Shown: piece after piece, positions 1 through 9,467 of the stretch | Layout: each line of letters opens with the position of its first letter | Position numbering within the stretch: the stretch's first letter is position 1 | Origin: a virus | Length of the DNA: 64,000 nucleotides | Virus record (IMG/VR): IMGVR_UViG_3300035034_001897 | Span: 14,947 to 78,946 of that record | Direction: 5' to 3' (one strand) | Made by a program: the position numbers and the translations under genes | Notes under the pieces: model-generated | Databases searched by the model: none | Seen by the model: the letters and a program-made list of their open reading frames with translations, nothing else | What the model was told of the DNA's origin: nothing

Positions 1-513
1 TTAGCTAACTATCTCAGTGAAAGAATGAGTAAGGTTAAAGGAGAAGACTCCTTCATATTCAATACTACAATTAACAAGGTAAGAGATGACTTTAAAGATA
101 GTATCACACCAAATGATTCTATCAAACTCAAAGATATGCGAACATACATAGCAACTGACATTGCGAGAGATATGTTAATGCACAATAAATTTGAAGTGCC
201 TCAAAAAGGTGCAAAGAAAGCAATACAAGGTAAGTTGATGGAAGTATTTAAAGCTGTAAGTAATCAGCTGAACAATAGTCCTACAATGGCTAAAACAAGC
301 TATATTCATCCTAACGTAATCAATGAATGGCTAGAAGGTTTAGGTGTGAAAGAAGCAGATATGTTTATGATGAAAGCTGTCAATTACACTGAGGCATTAA
401 AAGCAATGAAACTTAGAAGAGACCCTGACAATATTGAGGGGGACGATAACGAAGATTTTGACGATATTGATGAATATAATCTACCAGATTGGTGGGACCC
501 AACATTACAATAA
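1..513 (+). CDS. DNA topoisomerase IB, C-terminal catalytic part (5'-truncated by the window)
   Basis: Frame is open from base 1 (LANYLSERM...). KDMRTYIAT and VSNQLNNSPTMAKTSYIHP match the bacterial/viral TopIB motifs KDFRTW and LGNTPxVCRxSYIHP, with the catalytic Tyr present. Acidic tail. Confidence 0.8.
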   Translation, partial: LANYLSERMSKVKGEDSFIFNTTINKVRDDFKDSITPNDSIKLKDMRTYIATDIARDMLMHNKFEVPQKGAKKAIQGKLMEVFKAVSNQLNNSPTMAKTSYIHPNVINEWLEGLGVKEADMFMMKAVNYTEALKAMKLRRDPDNIEGDDNEDFDDIDEYNLPDWWDPTLQ

Positions 514-515
514 CT

Positions 516-2001
516 ATGGATTTAGAAGAGCAAATTAGATCAAGAAGACGTGAACAAGCTGCACAAATTGCACAATCATTAGGTGTAGATTTGATTAAAG
601 GTAAGGCTGCTGATGAAGGTGAAGAAAGAGAGTGGGGTGGTAAGAAATATAAGAAAACTAGTGGTAAATGGATACCAGTTACTGATGGAAAAGATAAAAA
701 GAAGGATGATGACCCGAAGAATTCATCTAAAAAGTCAGAGGATCCTAAATCAGATGGTAAAGCAAAACCTAGTGCAGGTGAAGGTGTTGATAAGCACGAA
801 ATAGCACAACTTACTGCATTGAAAGCTACAATGGAATCTAATCCAGAAAAAGCATATGAAATCTTCCAATCACTCAGTCCAGAAGCGCAACAAGCTGTTC
901 CTCAAGATGTGGTTAACAAATTGGTTGAAGGTAGTCATAGTGAAGGTGAAGATGAGGCTGAAGGTGTTTGAGGATGACGATCAAGAGTCTTTTGATCAAG
1001 CAGCTTATGATAAGGCTATTGAATCTAAAGATACTAATGCAGTTATTGAGCAAGCAGTTAAGTTGAAGGATGAAGAATTGCAAGAGAAAATTGACATACA
1101 TTATCAAATGGCCAGTGCAGGAGCAACTGGTGGTCACACAAAGTTAGTTAATATCTTAGGTAAAATAAAAGAAGCGAGATTAGAAGGTTTAAATAATGTA
1201 AACGATTCTTACTCAAAAGAGCAGATTCACAGTGAAATCGATAGTCAGTTAGAAAACTTCTTTGAAGACACTTCAAATATAGATGTTGAAGGATTAAAAG
1301 AAGAGGTTGAAAAAAGATTTCAAGAAGAAGATAAAAAAGAAAAGGCAACTAGTGACAGAGATATGCAAGACGTAGTGTCAGCAATCTTAACAGATATGGT
1401 TGATGAGCAGAGTGAAGATGTAAAGAAAAAACAAGAAAATTCTCTAAGTCAGTGGAATGATGAATTAGATCCTGATGACGCTTTTTTTGATATCAAAAAT
1501 CAAGTGAGAGAAGATTATGGAATAGACGAGCTTGATGAGGAAGGTGAGGAAGAAAATGAAGACGATATAATGAGAGAAGCTAATGATATATTTAGAGTCC
1601 GATTCGGATTTGATAATTATCAAGACGCTATATCTGCGATGGAAAGTAAGATGGAAAGTAAGAGTGAAAGTTCAAATAAAACTTATGATGGCATTAGAGA
1701 ATGGGTAGGAGACTATAACGACGCTCAAGTAGAAAATGTAATCGAAGGCTTTAATGAATCAGGATTTACTCAAAAGAATCTTGAGATAGCTCAAGGAAGG
1801 TCGTCAGAAGAACATATGAATAGAGTAGGAGAGCGAGCAGAATCTCTTGCAAAAAAAATCGTAGCAAACCAAAAAAATCCAATGGATCAAGATGAGGTAG
1901 CTGAAATTGTAGAAGGTATGATTGAATCAAAGTTCAAGATTACAGATTGGGATAATCAAAAAAACATTAAAAAATCATTAGACATCTTATTACAATCATA
2001 A
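516..2001 (+). CDS. Leader-bearing acidic protein, putative internal head cargo; frame break near 960
   Basis: ATG 516 gives MDLEEQIRSRR...DLIKGK. This frame stops at 971, while the +1 frame (856..2001) becomes protein-like from VFEDDDQE. Ends NIKKSLDILLQS. Confidence 0.6.
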
Positions 2002-2003
2002 TT

Positions 2004-3377
2004 ATGGAATTAGAAAATCAAATTGCACAGAAGAGAGAATTGCAAAAATCCAACATTAATCAAATGATGGGTATTCAACATTCACAACCTCAACCTATAG
2101 TTGAAGTTGATATGGATGATGTGCGAAAAGCCATAACTCAAATCCAATTAGGTAGAGAGGAAAATCTTGACATCATCAAAGGGAAAGTTCTTCCAGTTGG
2201 AACCATTCGTAAGAGAGGTGATCAAAACTGGATTAAGATTTCAGAAACTGGACCTAGTGCAAAGCAATGGAAATATCACTCTAAAGCAGGTAGTGAGAAA
2301 GGTCAGACAGCTAAGATTGAAGCAATGAGTGAGCCTGAAAAGATGGAGTCAAGAGCACTTGCAAGTAAACTATTCACACTTGTCAATAAGGTAGGTGGAG
2401 CAAAGACGTTTGGAGAGCAAATGAAACTTATTGAAGACGCTGGTATTACAGATCCTGAAAAAGTGGTGGAGCTTACTAACCAAAACTTATCTGACGTATT
2501 GAAATATATGGATGGCAAAGGAATGGAAAAGAAGCGTCAAGACTTCAACATCAAAGACGAATTAGCGAAGTTAGAGATGATGGATGCTATTAAGACTGGT
2601 TTTGATAAAATCGATGTAAAAGATCGTTGGGAATCATATAGAGTATTTCTTGATCTAGTTGCAAATGGTACTGCAAAGAGTATGATCGCTTATGGTACGG
2701 GAGGTATAGGTAAAACGTACAATGCAACAAAAATATTCGCAAAAAACAACTTAGCTGAATATGATGGAGATGTTCACGAAGCTGGTGATAGTAATTATGA
2801 TTACGTTAAAATCACTGGTAAAACATCACCAACTGCATTATATGCAGCATTATACGAACATAATGGTAAGTGTTTGATGTTCGATGACTGTGATAGTGTG
2901 TTAGAGCACGATGATTCAATCAACATTCTCAAAGGAGCGTTAGATAGTGGTGGAGATAATTCAATCGCTTATGCATCAGGTAAGAAGCTTAAAACAGAAA
3001 AAGGTGAGACAGTTCCTCAACGATTTAAGTTTACTGGTAGGGTAGCATTCATTACCAATCTTACAGCTGAAAAAATGCCTCAACCTCTTCGTAGTAGAGC
3101 ATTTACAGCAGATTTAACAATGACGCCAGATGAGACGGTAACGATGATGGAGGAAATTATCCACAAAATAGAATTTCAAAATGCTCAAGGTGCAGCGATA
3201 CACGTATCAACTGAAGATAGACAGTCAGCAATCGACTTTATTTCAGATAATGTGAACAATATCAATGTTCGAGATCTCAATTCAAGAACGCTTGGGCAAA
3301 TAGCAATAATCAAAAAGAAATTGAGCAGCCATCCAACATTAGATTGGAAAACTGCTGCGATTGCAATGTTAACATAA
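2004..3377 (+). CDS. AAA+/P-loop ATPase with N-terminal shared leader
   Basis: Walker A YGTGGIGKT, Walker B LMFDDCD, LRSR arginine-finger-like motif. N-terminus MELENQI...DIIKGKVLPVGT. Confidence 0.8.
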   Translation: MELENQIAQKRELQKSNINQMMGIQHSQPQPIVEVDMDDVRKAITQIQLGREENLDIIKGKVLPVGTIRKRGDQNWIKISETGPSAKQWKYHSKAGSEKGQTAKIEAMSEPEKMESRALASKLFTLVNKVGGAKTFGEQMKLIEDAGITDPEKVVELTNQNLSDVLKYMDGKGMEKKRQDFNIKDELAKLEMMDAIKTGFDKIDVKDRWESYRVFLDLVANGTAKSMIAYGTGGIGKTYNATKIFAKNNLAEYDGDVHEAGDSNYDYVKITGKTSPTALYAALYEHNGKCLMFDDCDSVLEHDDSINILKGALDSGGDNSIAYASGKKLKTEKGETVPQRFKFTGRVAFITNLTAEKMPQPLRSRAFTADLTMTPDETVTMMEEIIHKIEFQNAQGAAIHVSTEDRQSAIDFISDNVNNINVRDLNSRTLGQIAIIKKKLSSHPTLDWKTAAIAMLT

Positions 3378-3389
3378 AACACAAATATT

Positions 3390-3515
3390 ATGGCAAATGA
3401 TTTAACACAAGTACCGTTAGATAAATTAGATTTGATTTATAAAACGCAGGAGTCAGGTCCTTTAAAGGATACGATTGCAAAGGAGATTCAGCATAGAGTA
3501 AATGCTGAAAAATAA
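3390..3515 (+). CDS. Small hypothetical protein (41 aa)
   Basis: Read directly: MANDLTQVPLDKLDLIYKTQESGPLKDTIAKEIQHRVNAEK. AT-rich start context; fills the gap between genes. Confidence 0.55.
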   Translation: MANDLTQVPLDKLDLIYKTQESGPLKDTIAKEIQHRVNAEK

Positions 3516-3523
3516 CTACACTA

Positions 3524-3560
3524 ACTGTTGGTAGAAAGATATTAAAGTAGTATCTTTATG
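3524..3560 (+). promoter_or_regulatory. Conserved phage promoter, class A (GTTG-N20-TATCTTTA, with an internal inverted repeat)
   Basis: actgttggtagaaagatattaaagtagtatctttatg. Near-identical copies at 20405-20440(-), 51753-51786 and 62094-62126. Resembles the Bacteroidota -33/-7 consensus. Confidence 0.75.
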
Positions 3561-3578
3561 TAAAGAAGTAATAACACT

Positions 3579-4010
3579 ATGAGCTTAGAGCAACAAATAC
3601 GTAACAGAAGAATCGCACAAGCAAATCAAATCACAGATATGTGTGGTGGAGATAATCTCGTCAAAGGTAAAGAAATGCCAGTAGGTACTGTTAGTAATGG
3701 CAGAAAGAAAATGCCAAATGGAAGTTGGGTGCCAGTTAGTGAAGAAAAAAGCTCCTCTAAGACACCTCATCCTAAACTAAAAGATTCTCATAGATGGCAA
3801 GTAGAATCTCATATGAAGCAAGCAATTAAAGGAGATAAAAACATAACAATCTCTATGATGGGAGGAGATGTGACTACTCATAAGAAAGGCGAAGAGTTTA
3901 TGTATAGAGCAACAGTTCAGTCAAAAACTAGAGATAAGATGAGAGAATCTTTAGATAGTGCAGGAGTAGACATCTTGAGTGCAAAGAAGTTCGGAGAATT
4001 ATTTAATTAA
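3579..4010 (+). CDS. Leader-bearing hypothetical protein
   Basis: MSLEQQIRNRR...NLVKGKEMPVGT...GSWVPV. Confidence 0.75.
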   Translation: MSLEQQIRNRRIAQANQITDMCGGDNLVKGKEMPVGTVSNGRKKMPNGSWVPVSEEKSSSKTPHPKLKDSHRWQVESHMKQAIKGDKNITISMMGGDVTTHKKGEEFMYRATVQSKTRDKMRESLDSAGVDILSAKKFGELFN

Positions 4011-4019
4011 CGAGTCGCA

Positions 4020-4550
4020 ATGGATCAAATCAAAAAATCAATCGAATCTATCTCAAGAGAAGATAACGCAGACATCCTAATTAAAGGAAAAGCCTTACCA
4101 ATTGGAACGATTAAAAAGCGTCCTAACGGCAATTTCATTAAAACTGCAAGTGGATGGAAATATCACTCGAAGCACGACAAGAATCAGAAAGCACAAGCTA
4201 GTGAGAAGAAAAGTGAAAGACCTCAAAGACACCAATTCAATTCTCAACAAGAATATGAAAAGAAGTTGTTATCTCACACTGGACCTGGAGGAGGAAATCA
4301 AGATAAAGGTAAATCTCCAGATGGAATTTCCGAGAGTATGCTTAAAAAAGTAAATCTAGCGGATAACCATTTAGAAGGTAAAGTTTTTAATATAGGTAAA
4401 GGAGCTCGACTCAGAGTCGATAGTGTAAAAGGAGACATTGCTAAAATAACTAAAATAGATAAGTTTAACAATACCTCAACACACGAGGTGTCTGTAAAAG
4501 ACAATAGTGGAGAAGGAGGTTTATTTTCATATAAAGAAATTAAAAAATAA
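4020..4550 (+). CDS. Leader-bearing basic hypothetical protein
   Basis: MDQIKKSI...ILIKGKALPIGTIKKR...WKYHSK. Shares WKYHSK with the 2004 ORF. Confidence 0.75.
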   Translation: MDQIKKSIESISREDNADILIKGKALPIGTIKKRPNGNFIKTASGWKYHSKHDKNQKAQASEKKSERPQRHQFNSQQEYEKKLLSHTGPGGGNQDKGKSPDGISESMLKKVNLADNHLEGKVFNIGKGARLRVDSVKGDIAKITKIDKFNNTSTHEVSVKDNSGEGGLFSYKEIKK

Positions 4551-4688
4551 TGCATAATATTCAAATCGTAAATTCAGATCAATTACACATCGTAGAGCAA
4601 GCCTCTCTAAAACAAATAATTCTAATGCCTAATTTTGGAGTAAAGTTGGATATTAGGTTGGTGTAGAGATATTAGGTACCTTTATGAA

Positions 4689-5147
4689 ATGAAAAAGGTT
4701 ACCACAAAAGATCTTGAGATTGCAGTATTGCAATACGATAAGCAAGCAGAGCTGAGAAGTCTGCGAACATCTCTTCCTTGGGAATGTGATGTGCTTAGTG
4801 TAACTAAAAGTGGTTATGCAACTGAATATGAGTTGAAGATTAGCAAGAGTGATTTCAAAGCTGATTTTAAAAAGCGTAAGCATAAAATGTTCAGTAAAGG
4901 TGAGGGAGGAATGGTGAGTAGGTTTTGGTTTGTAGTACCAAAAGATATGGTTGACAAAAAAGACATTCCTCAATATGCAGGATTAATGTATTACGACCAT
5001 AAAAGGAGAACAGTGCATCCAGTTAAATATCCGCAAAGATTAAAAGCTGGTAAATTAGATAGCAAAACAATTCGTAGATTATATCGCTCAATGATGTATC
5101 GATTTCTACAACTTAATTTCAAAGGGTACAGAAAAGTAACCTTCTAA
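4689..5147 (+). CDS. PD-(D/E)XK nuclease, MmcB-like
   Basis: ECDVLSV...EYELKISKSDFKADFKK matches the MmcB-like E-x-K-x-S-x-x-D-F-x-x-D pattern. Confidence 0.65.
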   Translation: MKKVTTKDLEIAVLQYDKQAELRSLRTSLPWECDVLSVTKSGYATEYELKISKSDFKADFKKRKHKMFSKGEGGMVSRFWFVVPKDMVDKKDIPQYAGLMYYDHKRRTVHPVKYPQRLKAGKLDSKTIRRLYRSMMYRFLQLNFKGYRKVTF

Positions 5148-5158
5148 AAATCGTAAAA

Positions 5159-5638
5159 ATGAAAACAATAAAAGGAGATTTAATTCAGCTAGCATTACAA
5201 GGAGAATTTGATGCAATTGCACACGGATGTAATTGTCACAATATGATGGGTGCTGGAATAGCATTACAAATTAGAAAAGCATTTCCTGGTACATATCAAA
5301 TAGATACGCAATACAGTCAGGTACAAGATGACTACAATAAGTTAGGTACTATTTCAGTATGTGACGTTGAGCAATATAACGACAAACAAGATCTCACTAA
5401 ACAGACAGGATCGTTTACAGTTATAAACGCATACACTCAATTTGATGGAGGAAGGAATTTAGACTACGATGCATTGAAAATGTGTTTGAAGAAGATTAAT
5501 CACTACTTTAAAGGAAAGAAAATTGGATTACCTCAAATAGGTTGCGGAATTGCAGGAGGTAATTGGAATATAGCAAAAAGATACATTGAGCAGTATTTAA
5601 GTGATTGTGATGTAACAATCGTTGAATATTCTCGTTAA
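5159..5638 (+). CDS. Macro domain protein (ADP-ribose binding/hydrolase)
   Basis: IKGDL, AHGCNC..MGAGIA, NAYTQ and PQIGCGIAGGNW motifs. Confidence 0.9.
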   Translation: MKTIKGDLIQLALQGEFDAIAHGCNCHNMMGAGIALQIRKAFPGTYQIDTQYSQVQDDYNKLGTISVCDVEQYNDKQDLTKQTGSFTVINAYTQFDGGRNLDYDALKMCLKKINHYFKGKKIGLPQIGCGIAGGNWNIAKRYIEQYLSDCDVTIVEYSR

Positions 5639-5640
5639 GA

Positions 5641-5805
5641 TTCACTTAGGGAGTAGGTTTTTTAGAGCTTGGCCAAATTCACATCAAGCCCGAAGTTTAG
5701 TGTGCTACGACTGTCGCTCTCCCGTGTGTAATTCGGAGTGACGGTCAACAGTAGTTAAGGTGATCCTACTTTAAATTCATTCTCGCCAAACATTAATCAA
5801 GTGAA
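5641..5805 (+). ncRNA. Putative structured non-coding RNA, family unassigned
   Basis: Nested stems: TTCACTT 5641/AAGTGAA 5799; AGTAGG 5652/CCTACT 5765; GCTTG 5667/CAAGC 5685; GCTAC 5704/GTAGT 5751; GACTGTCGCTC 5709/GAGTGACGGTC 5736 with G-U pairs. GC-richer than its flanks. Confidence 0.5.
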
Positions 5806-5809
5806 CACT

Positions 5810-5833
5810 AACACCTCTTCGGAGGTGTTTTTT
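5810..5833 (+). terminator. Intrinsic terminator with cUUCGg loop
   Basis: AACACCTC-TTCG-GAGGTGTT followed by a T-run. Confidence 0.85.
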
Positions 5834-5834
5834 A

Positions 5835-5867
5835 TTTGGGTTGGTAATATTATTTTACTTATATTTA
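5835..5867 (+). promoter_or_regulatory. Bacteroidota-type promoter, class B
   Basis: TTTG-N21-TATATTTA upstream of ATG 5888. Confidence 0.5.
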
Positions 5868-5887
5868 ACAACTCAATTACACACATT

Positions 5888-6262
5888 ATGAAAACACAAG
5901 TTAGAAATTCAGGAAATATTAGTACTGGAGAAGTTAGATCATTTGAACACACATTAAGTGCAGACAGTAAAATGGATAGCACTTTAACCATTCCAATGAT
6001 CGGCTTTACTAAAGCCGCTGTAAGCATTCAAACGATCGGAGCAGTAGGAACGAGTGGCAATGTGTTAATTAAACAAAGCGTTCGTGAAGGAGGTCCTTAT
6101 GCAGAGTTCACTGCACCAATCTCAAAAGCAATTGCAGCGAGTGGAACTGTAGAAGAATATGATATTGATGTGAGTGGTGGATATTTAATAGTAGATTTAT
6201 CACAAGTTACTCAAGGAGATGAGGGAAGATTTGACATAGTAGTAATAATCAAAAGACAATAA
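5888..6262 (+). CDS. Small beta-rich hypothetical protein (possibly virion-associated)
   Basis: Start placed at ATG 5888 (MKTQVRNSG); the longer GTG start would run through the terminator. Confidence 0.6.
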   Translation: MKTQVRNSGNISTGEVRSFEHTLSADSKMDSTLTIPMIGFTKAAVSIQTIGAVGTSGNVLIKQSVREGGPYAEFTAPISKAIAASGTVEEYDIDVSGGYLIVDLSQVTQGDEGRFDIVVIIKRQ

Positions 6263-6263
6263 T

Positions 6264-6485
6264 ATGGATATCAAACAATCTTACATTAGAAACTTTTTAA
6301 GAGTAATTGCTGGTTTAGTGTTATTAATTTATCTTTATGATATTGCTGTAAATAAAATCAAAAAAGGTCAGATATATCTTGATGCAAATGATGGATATGT
6401 AATTTTTGGTTGTATCGCAATTCTAATAGCAATTGAAGCAGTAAGAGCATATGTGCTTCGTAAAATGGTAAAAGATAATGAGTAA
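6264..6485 (+). CDS. Holin-like two-TM membrane protein
   Basis: 73 aa, two hydrophobic segments, basic C-terminus. Confidence 0.5.
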   Translation: MDIKQSYIRNFLRVIAGLVLLIYLYDIAVNKIKKGQIYLDANDGYVIFGCIAILIAIEAVRAYVLRKMVKDNE

Positions 6486-7059
6486 ACATGTCAAGTTAGC
6501 AGTGACAATCAATCAAAAATGGTATGTCACTTTAGTTATAGCCATCTTACTAAATATTGGATGGAACTTCATTAATTCAAAAACAGCAATTAGTCAAGGA
6601 GAAAGAATCACTCAATTAGAGAAGGAGAATCTTCAATTGAAACAGACTAACGTAGAATTGTTATCGAAAAACTTTCTAGATCAACATAACCTTGACAGAC
6701 TACCTTTTGCATTATGGAGAAAAATGAAGGTAGGAGATTCTTTTGTAATGAAATTTATTAATGAGACAGGGAGAGATCAATTTTTAAAAACTAAAGGTAT
6801 AAATAAATATTTTTATCACAACAAAACTGATTTTGCAATTTTTGAATATGAAGATGCTTATAGATTTTATAGAGAAGATAGTTTAGTTGCTTACGCTAAA
6901 ACTGACACAGTAGCGCACTTTAACACTAACTTCTATGATGCTAAAGGCAAGATACTATACAAAGACGGATATACAAGGTGGAAAGAAGTTGTTGATGGTG
7001 ACACTTTGATATGGGGCAAGATGGATAAATTTTATGTAAAACCAAAAAGAGCAAAATAA
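6478..7059 (+). CDS. Membrane-anchored coiled-coil protein with PAS-like domain
   Basis: N-terminal TM, then a coiled coil. LPFALWRK..FIN..YHNKTDFAIF...AYRFYREDSLV resembles the PAS_4 pattern P.P.W.K..N..Y.GKTD.D.....A..F...D..V. Confidence 0.55.
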   Translation: MSKHVKLAVTINQKWYVTLVIAILLNIGWNFINSKTAISQGERITQLEKENLQLKQTNVELLSKNFLDQHNLDRLPFALWRKMKVGDSFVMKFINETGRDQFLKTKGINKYFYHNKTDFAIFEYEDAYRFYREDSLVAYAKTDTVAHFNTNFYDAKGKILYKDGYTRWKEVVDGDTLIWGKMDKFYVKPKRAK

Positions 7060-7124
7060 TGAGTTAATTATAGCAGAGTATTTCAGTTATATAATTACAG
7101 AAAAATAACTCAATTAGATTAATT

Positions 7125-9467
7125 ATGAAAAAAATATTTAGTATTGCATTAATTGCATTAACAGCAACAACTCTTTTTGGTCAAGACAAAGAGTTTGCGG
7201 GAACTGTTACAATTAAAAACACACCAACCGCAATAAGCACGGATTCAATAAGCGTTATTAAACCCGATGGAACAGTAGGTAAATCTAATGTACAAGTAGG
7301 TAATGTTGTGAAGTTAACTGGAGAAACTAGTCAAACTGTTGAAGGACAAATTGAAATACAAGACAGATTAACTGTAAAAGGACTAGCAAATACTGAATCT
7401 GCAACAAGAACTAGTGTTGACATAACAGGGAAAACAGGAGCAGGTAACGGATGGGCAGGAGTTGATTTGTTAAGTGGATATACTCATACACCTGGAGTTA
7501 CTGACCCTTTGGTTACTGATGTAGTTGCCGTTGGAAACGTTGCTTATGCTATAACAGTAACAGTAAGTAATTTAACTGCTGGAAGATATGAATACTTCAT
7601 TTTTGGAGGTACTAGGGTGAATATGTATGTGGGGAATGGTCAAAGAGTTTTCGTTTTCAAGACTGTAGATACATCACCTTTACAAATTTTTATAACAAAC
7701 ACGGCAACTGATGGAGATATAAAAATTGACTCTGTAGAGAGAGTAAATTCAGATAAAGAAAGTGTTTTTGATATTAAAAATTCATCTAATGCTATTGTAT
7801 CGGAAACTAGATATGGAAATGGTTCTGTTTATTTCGGGAGTAAAAGCGGAGTATCTAGTTCGAGTGCTAGTTCACTAAATACTGCTTTTGGTCATAATGC
7901 AATAGAAAAAGCTGTATCCAGCAGATACCTTACAGCTGTAGGTACTCATGCTCTTAGACAAGTAATAGGAGGAAGTTATATGACAGCTATTGGTGCTAAT
8001 GTATTTTCTAGAGGTTTCTCCCATACAGGCAGTAATTACTATAATGTAGGCATAGGAGGAAATGTAGGGAATGCTCCTGACGCTAATTTTTCGAATTCTA
8101 TTTTTATGGGGTTTTCAGTAGCTGAAAAACTTGAAGCAGGACATAGTAATATAGGTATTGGTTGTTTGGCTTTAGGAGAGGCAGTATCTAGCTCAAGAAA
8201 TGTAGCTATTGGAAATAATAGCTTAAGAAATTTACTAACAGGATCTTCTAATACAGCTTTAGGGATTGATACTTTAGTAAGACTTATAGAAGGAACTGAT
8301 AATGTGGCTATAGGGTTTGCAGCAGGAAATTTTTCATCTTCGGGAAACAATGAAACTTCTTTTAGGTCAATCTTTATAGGTAAAAATACTAAGTCTCTTG
8401 CAGATGATCAATTCAATCAAATTGTAATAGGTAACGACGCCATTGGGAACGGTTCAAATACAGCTACCATAGGGGACGATTCGATTACAGATACTTATTT
8501 GAAAGGTGTTGTTCACGCAGATTCTTTTGATGGGGTTTTAAAGAACATTAAAGATTCAAACGGTGTTCAATTAGGTACTGTAGATCAAGATTTATTATTA
8601 GGAGAAGAATTAACTTTTAATAACACTACTAAGAAAATAGATGTAGCTAATGTAGTTAAAAAAACTGGAGAAACTAACCAATCTATTGCAGGAAATATTA
8701 CTGTGAGTAATAAAATTACTTCCACAGAATTAGATGTATTTGCTGATGACTTACCTACTAGAATTGGTCGACACTCAGTTCAACATCTAAAAATATATGG
8801 GAATTCTACTGGTAATTATTTACTAGGTGTAGGATCTAAAAACGCTATTTTTGGTAAAGAAGATAAAGGTGTTTTGCTATTTAGAGCAGACGGTATCCAA
8901 ATATCGACTCTAGCAATTCCTAATAGGTACGATTTATTTATTAAAAATGATACTGGAGATGTTGGCGTAAATAATAAATTCCCAACAGAAAAACTACACG
9001 TAAATGGAAACGTAAAAGCAACAAACTTTATTGGTAATTTAAGTGGTAATGCAACTACTGCTAGTAATGCAAATTTATTAGGAGGTGAATTGCCTGCTTT
9101 TTATGCAACTCAAGAAGATGTTGAGTACAAAACAAATGGAATTGTAATACCAAGAACTAAATTACCTTTAACACAATTTCAAGTAGGTACAGACCAATTG
9201 TATTATACTGTAGTTGGTAATAGATTGATATTGACAGGCAATTATAAAGTGACTACAGGTAACCCTTCTACACTAGCTGTGGGAACTTTACCTATAGAAG
9301 CAAGGTCAGAAATAACAAGGACTATACCTATATTAATAAACTCTAGCGCTGCTTCAATAACTATTAATACAGATGGAGATATTACTTTAGACTTGTCGGG
9401 TTTTTCGACAACTTCTACAAATAAGACAATAAAAATAGATACAGAGGTAACATTATTAAAACTATAA
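7125..9467 (+). CDS. Tail-fibre/adhesin-like trimeric beta-roll protein with Sec-type signal peptide
   Basis: MKKIFSIALIALTATTLFG|Q. YadA-like NTAxG/NVAIG repeats, PTEKLHVNGN motif, fibre-like C-terminus. Confidence 0.7.
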   Translation: MKKIFSIALIALTATTLFGQDKEFAGTVTIKNTPTAISTDSISVIKPDGTVGKSNVQVGNVVKLTGETSQTVEGQIEIQDRLTVKGLANTESATRTSVDITGKTGAGNGWAGVDLLSGYTHTPGVTDPLVTDVVAVGNVAYAITVTVSNLTAGRYEYFIFGGTRVNMYVGNGQRVFVFKTVDTSPLQIFITNTATDGDIKIDSVERVNSDKESVFDIKNSSNAIVSETRYGNGSVYFGSKSGVSSSSASSLNTAFGHNAIEKAVSSRYLTAVGTHALRQVIGGSYMTAIGANVFSRGFSHTGSNYYNVGIGGNVGNAPDANFSNSIFMGFSVAEKLEAGHSNIGIGCLALGEAVSSSRNVAIGNNSLRNLLTGSSNTALGIDTLVRLIEGTDNVAIGFAAGNFSSSGNNETSFRSIFIGKNTKSLADDQFNQIVIGNDAIGNGSNTATIGDDSITDTYLKGVVHADSFDGVLKNIKDSNGVQLGTVDQDLLLGEELTFNNTTKKIDVANVVKKTGETNQSIAGNITVSNKITSTELDVFADDLPTRIGRHSVQHLKIYGNSTGNYLLGVGSKNAIFGKEDKGVLLFRADGIQISTLAIPNRYDLFIKNDTGDVGVNNKFPTEKLHVNGNVKATNFIGNLSGNATTASNANLLGGELPAFYATQEDVEYKTNGIVIPRTKLPLTQFQVGTDQLYYTVVGNRLILTGNYKVTTGNPSTLAVGTLPIEARSEITRTIPILINSSAASITINTDGDITLDLSGFSTTSTNKTIKIDTEVTLLKL

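Noticed and set aside
5641-5805. tRNA, hammerhead or retron call for the structured region
   Set aside because: No TTCGA T-loop cloverleaf, no CTGANGA/GAAA core, and no reverse transcriptase in the window; kept as unassigned RNA.
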